This document shows, piece by piece, positions 25,901-35,489 of a stretch of 64,000 nt of DNA (its first letter is position 1; every line of letters starts with the position of its first letter). Under the pieces are notes generated by a model. That model did not search any database, was not told where the DNA came from, and saw only the letters and a list, made by a program, of their open reading frames with translations. This DNA is from Azolla caroliniana. Lineage: Eukaryota > Plantae > Polypodiophyta. A program made the position numbers and the translations under genes. The stretch is from assembly GCA_043228905.1 (NCBI GenBank), contig JBHGNT010000010.1, forward strand, positions 14,136,001 through 14,200,000. Reading direction: 5' to 3'.

Positions 25901-27299
25901 CAGCTCACCAAGAACCCTGTGTTCCATGCTCGCACGAAGCACATAGAAGTGCATTATCATTTTGTGCGTGAGCGGGTCCTGAGCGGTGAAGTTGAACTTC
26001 GGTATGTTCACACGGATCGGCAAGTTGCCGACATCTTCACCAAGCCGCTCGGATCTGACAAGTTGCAGCACTTTATCGACATGCTTGGTGTTCAACATCT
26101 CGACGTGCCACACTTGAGGGGGAGAAGCAAGGGCAAAGACACTACCGAAACGGGCAAAGGCAAAGAAACTGTTGAACCCGTCGGTAAGAGAAGAACCGGA
26201 AGAAGGGGAGACAAGAAGAAGAAAGAAGCCGAGCCGACGAAGGAAGTCGACACATCCGAACAAGTCAGAGCAAGCGGCTGTGGTGGCAGAGTCAAGAAGG
26301 ACCGAGCCAACTGGAAGGAAGAAAAAGTGTGCACTCAGGAAGAGAAGTGCATGTTGTGCGGGGGTCATCACGGCAGTAATGACCATGATGCGGAGTCGAA
26401 TGAAGAATTTGATTTCGGTGAACCGGCTGAAGAAGCCGAGGGAAGCATAGAGAAGGCCAAGACCCGGACATGGTCCGATGTGGTGAAAGGCCTGATGTCG
26501 GAAGTCGAATCGGAGGATACCGATTCAGACAAGAGCTGAACGAGTCGGAGACAACCGATTCGCATCAAGAGTTGGATCCGGATGAGTCGGATCAACCAAA
26601 GGCCAAGGAGACCCGGACGCAGCGGAAGTCAATGCCATCGCGGAGGAACCGACGGATCAGCAAGCGTCGAAGTCATAGCAGCAAAGGAGCTAAGATGGGC
26701 CTGATGAGCAGACATGCCGACCGAGAAGGTCGAGGCGCGCAGAACCAGAGGGGTCGCGGCAAACGGACCGGACCGGACGAGGAGCGCGAACAAGGCGGAG
26801 CGACACCAGGAGAAGTCGGTTGAAAGAACCGGCCACCACAGAGAATGACACTACAACCCGACCTCGAGTTGAGCTTGAGGGGGAGTGTTGAGCGGCAAGC
26901 TCAACTGGAGCCGGATCGGCTGAAAAGCCTGAGCCGGTAAGTGAGATAGATCGGTATGCCGGTGAGCAACTGAGCCGGCAAGCTACAGAGTCGGTGAGCA
27001 GAGAGCCGGTTAGCCGGATCCAGCAGTAACCAGAAGCCTAGTAATAAGTTAGATTACTAGGTAGTTATAGTCTCAGAGTTAGTGTCAGATGCTCGTTTGA
27101 GCATTGAAGTACATAGTACTTCTGTCAGTCCGCGTAGGACTTGTATAAATAGTGCTACTGAGCACAGAGTATGTACAGAGTGTTTACTATTATTTTGAAT
27201 ATAACTTTTACGTTCTGCTCTCTCTGTCTCTCCCGCGTACTCTCTGCATATTTTCTGTTTTTTCTGCTTCTCTAACGCTTCCGCAAGCAATCGTTTACA
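20483..27299 (+). mobile_element. Full-length Ty1/copia element B (degenerate gag-pol)
   Basis: LTRs 20483-20896 and 26886-27299, TSD AAGTT, PBS TGGTATCAGAG at 20897, PPT 26876-26885. Order is gag (CWYCGKKGHKESEC), PR (DSGAS), IN, RT (YVDD), RH. Confidence 0.96.
22606..23493 (-). mobile_element. Solo LTR of the copia C family, with a ~40-bp tandem array at 23085-23420
   Basis: Reverse-complement similarity to 55236-55915; TG..CA ends; TSD AGTCT/AGTCC; splits the copia B integrase. Confidence 0.9.
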
Positions 27300-28407
27300 A
27301 AGTTCGTATGGACTGATAGAAGTACTAACACGTAATTCAATGCTCATAACTAAGCTCCTACACTAACTCCCAAATATATTCCCTTGCAGAATATCTGTTC
27401 AACGGCCTCCCGGTTTCCGCACCGATCCGGCCTCTTGTTGCGCACCGGTTTACGCACCGATCCAGCCAATGTTGAGCTTGTATCTCAACAACTTTCATTG
27501 AGATGATCGACTTCGTATTCAGGCATCTTACCTTTGCCTTTTTCCAAGCCGACCCCTGGTCGAGGTATGCTTTCGGTGCTTGGAGGCTCTTGTGGTCCGC
27601 TCATCATGGTTGAGCTCGACTCCCGTGGTACAGGCCGTGGCTGAATGTCATCATCCGAGTTGATCCAACTCTTCCTCAGTCGGTTCGGATGGAGCCGAAT
27701 CGGGTTTATACCAAGATGCTAATTCGTCAAAGATAACATCCCTACTTGAACTAATTGGGTAGAAGGGTTGAAACACTTGTATCCCTTTTGTTCAAACGAG
27801 TATCCTACGAAAATGCACTTTTCGGACTTTGGGTTGAGCTTCTGTCATTTCTCGGTAGGGATGTGGACGAATGCTATTCTTCTTAATACTCGTAGATGGG
27901 ATAAGATCGACTTCTTTCCAACATAAACTTTGTATGGGGTCAGTTCGTGGGCTCCAGTGGTTGCGCATCGATCCATAATGTAGACGGTTGTGGATGCCGC
28001 TTCAGCCCAATAATAATTCGGCATGTGATTCTCATGCAACATTGCCCGTGCTACCTCGAGTATGTGCCAATTCTTCCCTTTGGCTACTCCATTTTGTTGG
28101 GCGGTGTGTCAGCATGAAAATTCTCTCCGAATCCCTTTACCTTGGAGGTACTACCTTGTTAGGTACGTTAGATACGGTAAGGATACCATACATATATAAT
28201 GTATTAATACGCATATAGTACCTCCCAATTTAAAAATATGTTAAATATGTTTTTTAATATGTTAAATACTTATCAAATACGTATTTTACGTGTACTACGT
28301 TAAATACTTCTAGAATTTGAAAATTATTTACCTTTGTAAAGAAATGGAGCTGGTGGTGTAATGCAACGGAAGATAATTGAGTTTGTGTGTGTGTATGCAC
28401 GTAAGGC

Positions 28408-28460
<53 letters not shown>

Positions 28461-31411
28461 AGATAGAGATAAAAGACTGTATATAGCATTAACCAAAATA
28501 CTTCCAACAGCAACTAAGTTACAAGGGGTTGGTTTAAATACCAACTAAACTAGGGCAATGACCCTTTCTACTATTTACAAGACTAGCTTGGTATGTCCAT
28601 GAGCTAGTGTGAAACCTATCTCTAAGGGAAGTTGAGTTCGACTCTCAACACGCCCCTTTGAACACAACTTCCATCTGTCGAAAAGTTGTTTCGGTTCGGT
28701 CTTCAGAATCCGGTTTCCGGCGTTCGTAATCCTCGAACTGGATTGTTCGGCTTTTCGGCTTTGTGCTCGGTTCGATTAACTACGTGTTGCATACTCACGT
28801 ATCATTGCATGTTGCGTATCGTTCTATGTTACGTCCATGTTGCCTGTAGTACTCCCCCTCAATATCGGCAATGTGGATGTCGTGAGACCAAGGTCCGATG
28901 CGAATTGCCCGAGCTTGTCGACTCCTAAGGCCTTCATAAAAATATTAGCAATCTGGAGGTGCGTACTGATGTGTTGTAGATTGATTTCTCCAGCCTGTAC
29001 GCGCTCGTGGATGAAGTGGTAGTGCACTTCGATGTGTTTAGTCTGTGCGTGAAAGACGGGGTTCTGAGTGAGGTAGATGCTGCTTATGTTGTCGCAGTAT
29101 AGGCGAATTGGATCCGTAATAGGAATGCCTAGATCCTTCAATATGTGCTTGAGCTATACGGCTTCGCATGTGGCGACTACAACGCCCTTGTATTCGGCTT
29201 CCGTGCTTGACAATGCGATTGTCGGTTGCTTCTTACTGCTCCAGGAGATCGCTCTGCTGCCGAGGGAGAAGACGAATCCGGATGTAGATCGTCCATCTGC
29301 TTTGTATCCTGCCCAATCCGCGTTTGTGTATCCTTCGAGTTGAATGGTCGTATTTGACTTATGCGTAATGTCATAATCCATCGTAGTACTGACATACCGG
29401 AGTATCCTCTTAGCGCAATCGAGATGAAGGTTTCGCGGATTCTGCATGAATTGGCTAAGTAGGCCAATTGAATAACTAAGGTCGGGTAGCGTAATGGTGA
29501 GAAAGATTAAGTTGCCGATCAATTGACGATACTAAGTTGACTCGCACACAACTGTTCCGGGATCGGCATCCATCTTGAGATTACGATCGAGAGGGGCGGA
29601 CACATGTTTGCATTCGGTCATGCTGAACTTGTAGACCAAGTTGAGAACGTTGTGCCGTTGAGAGATCATTATTCCGACGGGTGTATGAATTACTTCAATG
29701 CCTAGGAAATAATGGAGCTTGTGCAGGTCTTTCATTTAGAATCTACTGGAAAGAAGGGAGTTGATCTTGTTAATCTCGGCGAGGTCCTTTCCTTCGATGA
29801 CCAAATCATCCACATAAAGGATGATGATAATTGGGCTATCCGACTCGATTCACATGTACAGAGAAGTGTCGGATTTTGACATTCAAAATCCGATCTGATG
29901 AAGATACTGTGTGATCTTCGAGTGCCACACATGGGGTGCTTGTTTGAGGCCGTATAGTGGCTTCTTGAGGCGGCATACGACGTGCGGGTGACTATGTGTT
30001 TCAAATCCGGGTGGTTGAATTATATATACTTCCTCTTCTAATTCTCCTCAGAGGAAGGTGTTTTTCACGTCCATCTGGTGGAGGTGCCACCCTTTTGCTG
30101 CTACAAGAGCAATTACGGTCCGCACGGTGGTCATCTTTGCCACCGGGGCAAATATCAGCCGTCGGCATTGTGTTTCACTTTGTAAATCCATCGTAGCCAA
30201 TCAATTTCTTGTGCGGTGTGTGAGGAACGAGCTCCCATGACTCGTTTTTGCATAACGCTTCCATTTCCTCATTCATCACATCGACCCATCGCTAATCCTT
30301 TATGGCTTCGGAAAGCGTCTCCGGTTCCCGTACTAACGCTACCTTCATCATGAAGGCGTAATGGTACGCCATATAATCGTTGTAGCCGAAACAGCTTACG
30401 GGGTTCTTTTCATGAGTGGATTGGCGGAGCTTCTTGTTTGTGGATACTAAGGCTTTCTTCGCTCCATCTATCTGGAAGATTGAGATGTCCAGGCCTTCAA
30501 ACTCATTGTCAAGGGAGTGAGTTGACACGTTGTCGATTGGATCTTCGTATTAGGACACTTGGCCTTTCCTTTGTCGAGTTTCGGACTCGGTCGAAATGTG
30601 CTTTGGTCACTTGGGGGCTCCCGTGGTCCACTAAGCTGTGTTGTAATTGGGCTTTCTTCGAACATGCGTGTGAGCTAATCTTCGTCTTCTATCTCCATTT
30701 CGGTGTCATCTGCGTCGAGTGGAGTTGGAGTCGAAGTATTCTCTGGTGTGTACCAGGATGCGAACTCGTCGAAAACGACATCTCGACTTACGCGAGCTTT
30801 TCAGGTAGATGGGTTGTAGCATTTGTACCCCTTCTGTTTGGGTGAGTATCCTACGAGGATACATTTCTCTGACTTCGAGTCTAGCTTTTGTCGTGTATCG
30901 TTGGGAATATGTACGTAAGTGATTGCGCCGAAAATGCGAACATGTGATAAGTCTGGTTTCTTTCCAAAGAACTTCTCATGAGGAGTTACGTCATGTACTC
31001 CCGATGTTGGCACCTATTCATGAGGTATACAACCGTGTTCGCTGCTTCTGCCCAATACGATTTCGGTAGGTTCTTCTCATTCATCATAGCCCGTGCGACT
31101 TCTACTATGTGCCGGTTTTTACGCTCAGCTACGCCGTTTTGCTGAGGTGTGTGACGACATGAGAATTCTCATCGGATTCCTTCCTTTCGGAGATATGCCA
31201 TAAAGTCATTTGAAAAGTATTCTTTGGTTCCATCCGATTGAAGGCAGCGTACATGCCGACTCGTAGCTTTTTCGACTTTGGCTTTGAATCTCTGGAAGTA
31301 TCCGAACACTTCACTCTTTTGTTTCATTGGGTAGATCCAAGTGTTCCTGGAGAAGTCGTCGATGAAAGTGATGTAATATCGGCATCCGTCGAGTGTGCTT
31401 GTTTGGGCCGG

Positions 31412-32000
31412 TGTCGTGTTACTACGCTTTCACGGGTGAAATGAGACGGGACCGCGGGGGCCCTGAACTAAGGATCGTGAGAGAGAGAGAGCGTTTTGCT
31501 AAACACAGTGAAAGAGAGAGAGAGAAAACAGAACAATTCGATTATAACACCAGTAACGATTACAACCGGCACACCGGCAACGGACCCTACACATGAGTCC
31601 ACACACACACACAGATGTCACACGCCAAAGACAGAAACGCGAAGGAAGAGCCTCTGCTGGGTAGAGACCGTTCTTCCTTCTCTTCTTCCTTATATAGGTC
31701 GTTGCGGAGAGACCGTTCTCCTTCAATCATAGTCACATTACTTTATTCTCTGTCCCTTCGGACAGAGATACACATCGATTTCCTAATAAATATGTCACAC
31801 CTAGTATATTTACATCGGCCGCCCTACACATAATTATGTACAAGCTATCAATTCACACGCCCACACATGGAAGGGCCCTTGGAATTCACACGTGGACGTG
31901 AAGAAAACTGTCCCTAGGAGGAAACAAAAGAAACCGTCCACGTGTGAATTCCATGAACGGTTTCTTTTGTTTCCTCCTAGGGACAGTTTTCTTCACGACA
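31412..32000. mobile_element. Probable solo LTR (TGTCGTG..CACGACA) inserted into the copia G integrase
   Basis: 7-bp inverted termini; flanks CCGG/CTGG; the host WGPAQ codons rejoin across it. Confidence 0.78.
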
Positions 32001-32888
32001 CTGGTCCCCATACATCTGAATGTACTACATCCAAGATCCCTTTGCTCACGTTCCGCTCTTTCAGGAATGGATGTCGGCGTTGCTTTCCGAACTGGCACAC
32101 TTCGCATACGCCCGTAATCTCCTTCACGGTAAAGTTCGGGAGTTCGATTACGACTCCTTTCGATTGCATGTTCTGGAGTTTTTGGAGATCGATGTGGCCT
32201 ATTCTTTTGTGCCACAAATTTAAGTCCATTTCGACTTTTGAGGCCCTTTGTAAACATGGTCGATTTTACCTCGTTCGATTCAAGGACAAACATATGGCCT
32301 TCACGACGGCCATGAGCTACGACTCGATCACCTCTTTCGATAAAACACCCATCATTGTTGAATTGTACTTGCATTCCTTGTTTGACAATCTGGCCGACCG
32401 AAACCATTTTTGTGATAGTAGGGACATGCAGTACGTTCTTGAGGTAGGTTTGTTTTCCGTCGTTTCCGAATTGGACGTTCCCGATATGTTGTATTGGATG
32501 AGTCGTGTCATCACCTGTCTCGACATATTCGGGTCATTTGGGTTTTCGTAATTCCCGAAACCAATCTTCATGAGACATCATGTGGTTGGATGCTCCCGAG
32601 TCAACAAACCATATGTTATTTGAGGGTGTGGTGCTTGTTTCTCCTTGAGTCGCCATTGAGTGCGCTTTGTGCCTCATCATGAACATTCTGCTACGATTGT
32701 CGTAGTCGGAATTTGATGCGTAATTCGTGAACATTCCACTACAATTGTCATAGTCGAAATTTGATGTGTAGTTCGTGAATTGTCAGCTAGTTGAAGTCGA
32801 GTCTCGTACCTTTTTCCAGCACTCCTCTTCATAGTGGCTGTGTTTTCCACAGTACCCACATTCGATCGGGTTGTTATGGTTGCTCTGT

Positions 32889-33695
32889 TCGGCGTGATGA
32901 CTCCCCCTTCTACCGAACTCTCTGGGACCGTTCTTGTCCAGTTGCCATTGGTGGGAGTTATGCTCTTGAGTTTGCCTACCGTTATGACCTTGTTCGAATC
33001 GACCTCTATTTCCACGGCCGAAACTTCTTCTATCATCCGATTGGGAGTAGAGCATATGACCCTCTGGTGCGTTGCTCCTTTGTCAAGTGTGATTTTCCTC
33101 AACCAACAATATTGATTGGAGATCGAAAAATGAAGGAGGGTTCTCCCTTGCAAGGATGGCTGATCTAATTGAGTAAAATTGGGGTGCTAAGCCGCTGAGG
33201 CATATTTGCACCATCTCGTCATCGTCGATTACGACATTAATCGAACCGAGGGCATTGCACAACTCCTTGATCTTTAAGGTATAGCCTGTGATCGGCGTGA
33301 TGACTCCCCCTTCTACCGAACTCTCTGGGACTGTTCTTGTCCAGTTGCCATTGGTGGGAGTTATGCTCTTGAGTCTGCCTACCGTTATGGCCTTGTTCGA
33401 ATCGACCTCTATTTCCACGGCCGAAACTTCTTCTATCATCCAATTGGGAGTAGAGCATATGACCCTCTGGTGCGTTGCTCCTTTGTCAAGTGTGATTTTC
33501 CTCAACCAACAATATTGATTGGAGATCGAAAAATGAAGGAGGGTTCTCCCTTGCAAGGATGGCCGATCTAATCGAGCCAAATTGGGGTGCTAAGCCGCCG
33601 AGGCATATTTGCACCATCTCTTCATCATCGATTACGACATTAATCAAACCAAGGGCATCACACAACTCCTTGATCTTTAAGGTATAGCCTGTGAT
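32889..33695. repeat. 403-bp tandem duplication in copia G gag
   Basis: CGGCGTGATGACTCCCC starts at both 32890 and 33293; duplicated peptides appear in the ORF track. Confidence 0.92.
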
Positions 33696-35489
33696 CGACA
33701 CGTCCCTCTATTGCATGTTGTTTAGCTCCTGTCAAAGTTGGAGCTTTCGTGCAGGTGCGTTGGCCGCAAAAATCTTCTTGAGATTTCCCCAAGCTTCTTT
33801 CGCTGTTTTCGAATCTCGAATATAGCCAAGCATATGATCATGAATGCATGATGCAAGACAATACAACATACGGCTTGCGGGTTGCTCCCAAGTGGGATAG
33901 TCGGCGTGTGTTGGGTTGGGTTGAGTTTCGTGAGCTCCTTCAATGTAGCTCCAATAACCTTGTCCGACAAGGTATTGATGCATCTTGTATTCCCAAGATG
34001 CGAAGTTTGTTCTGTCAAGCTTCTCGGTAGGAAGAGCGCTTCCCATCTGAGTGTTCATTGTGTCGATTTCTTCTCTGTTGATGAGCCAGTTCTATTGATC
34101 ATTGGTGTGTACCACAACACAGTCGAATAGGTTCAATTAAGCAACCACACGCTCTGATACCATGTAAAGAAATGGAGCTGGTGGTGTAATGTAGCGGAAG
34201 ATAATTGGGTGTGTGTGTGTGTGTGTGTATGCACGTAAGGCAAAATAGAGAGAGAGAGAAAGAAAGAAAGAAAGAAAGACATATTAACGTCTTCTAAGGC
34301 CAAAATTGGCCCATGAGACAAATGATTTACAACAAAAAAGGGTATTTATCCAATCATCAAAACTAAAATAAAAGTAAAGTAAAAATAGCTTAAGCTAAAA
34401 GAGTTCTAGTAGTGTACAAAACTTTGCACTAAGCCTAATTTCATTTCCACCCAAGCCTCTCAAAAAGAAGTGGGAGGTCAAAGGTTTTTGGTCTGGGTGT
34501 AACCCATGGTCTTGGTGTATAGAGTGCCCCAGCCATGACTTCTAGGCGGTGTAGCTCACGTTCCCTTATTTTCGTTATTGCTTCTACATCTTGTCGAGTT
34601 GCTTTGAAACGTGGCATCTGAGGGTGTTTGGTTCTTCTTTGATTTTCTGCTTCATCAAGGAAAAGCCCGAGTGGTGCAGGTGTGTCGACATTCGTTGTCT
34701 CCCCCTATTCTTGAAAAACTTCATTTGTTACATGTTGGTAAACATTAACAACATTATTATCAACATTTTGTAACTTATTCTCTCTGTGTTGTTTCAATTC
34801 TAGGATGTATTTGCCTAATTTCTTTATATCTAGTGTATCTAATAGTTTAGGGAGGGTAGGAGAGGAACCAAGTATGTCTTGGTATTTTGCCCTTATCTCG
34901 GCATAGGTGGGACATTTGCAATAGACCGTTGGCAAGAAGCCAACTCACCATCATGCCATACCATGAGCTAGTATAGCCGGACTCATACTGTTAATCGGCT
35001 AATTACTAACTACTACCGATACAGAAGAGTGAACGTCGCTACTCAACGTTCTAACAAGGAATTGTGTTCTACGAACGGAATTATGCTATATTAATCGGTA
35101 ATTACCGTGATCGTTACTTAGTTATAAATTAGGAAGCTTGCACTTAAGATCATAGACAATAGAAGAAACACAGAATCCGTACAAGATATTCCTAACTTAA
35201 ACTTATATTACTAAATAAAACGACCTTTCTTACAATGCCTTCGGTTCCCTTTTATAGGTATACCGAAGGTCTTTTCTCATCAAGAACTATTCCTACTTAC
35301 TATCAAGATTTACAAAATTATCTAACTAACTTAGTTCTCTTCGTTTACTGCTGAGTCATTGATCCGAACAGTCGATCCGAACCGACTCTGTTTTCGACGC
35401 TTTCCCACTTGTTCGGTAAAATTGACTGTCCGGGTCCGGGTAACACTTGGCACGTCCGTGGGCCAGGACCTTGTCCAGCGAACCCACGC

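Larger units (their letters stand above)
20280..27490 (-). mobile_element. Solo copia LTR (20280-20482 plus 27300-27490), split by copia B
   Basis: The two halves join into an LTR homologous to 53303-53759; flanks GCTTT/ACTTT form a TSD with 1 mismatch. Confidence 0.8.
19224..28110 (-). mobile_element. Old degenerate Ty1/copia element A (IN-RT part), interrupted by nested insertions
   Basis: RT motifs ([20 protein letters not shown]) at 19224-20279; integrase (YWAEA, QQNG) at 27491-28110. Confidence 0.85.

Noticed and set aside
28111-28334. AT-rich segment (continuing at 45974-46117) as a MITE or Helitron
   Set aside because: No convincing termini or hairpin signature was found, so it is left unassigned.
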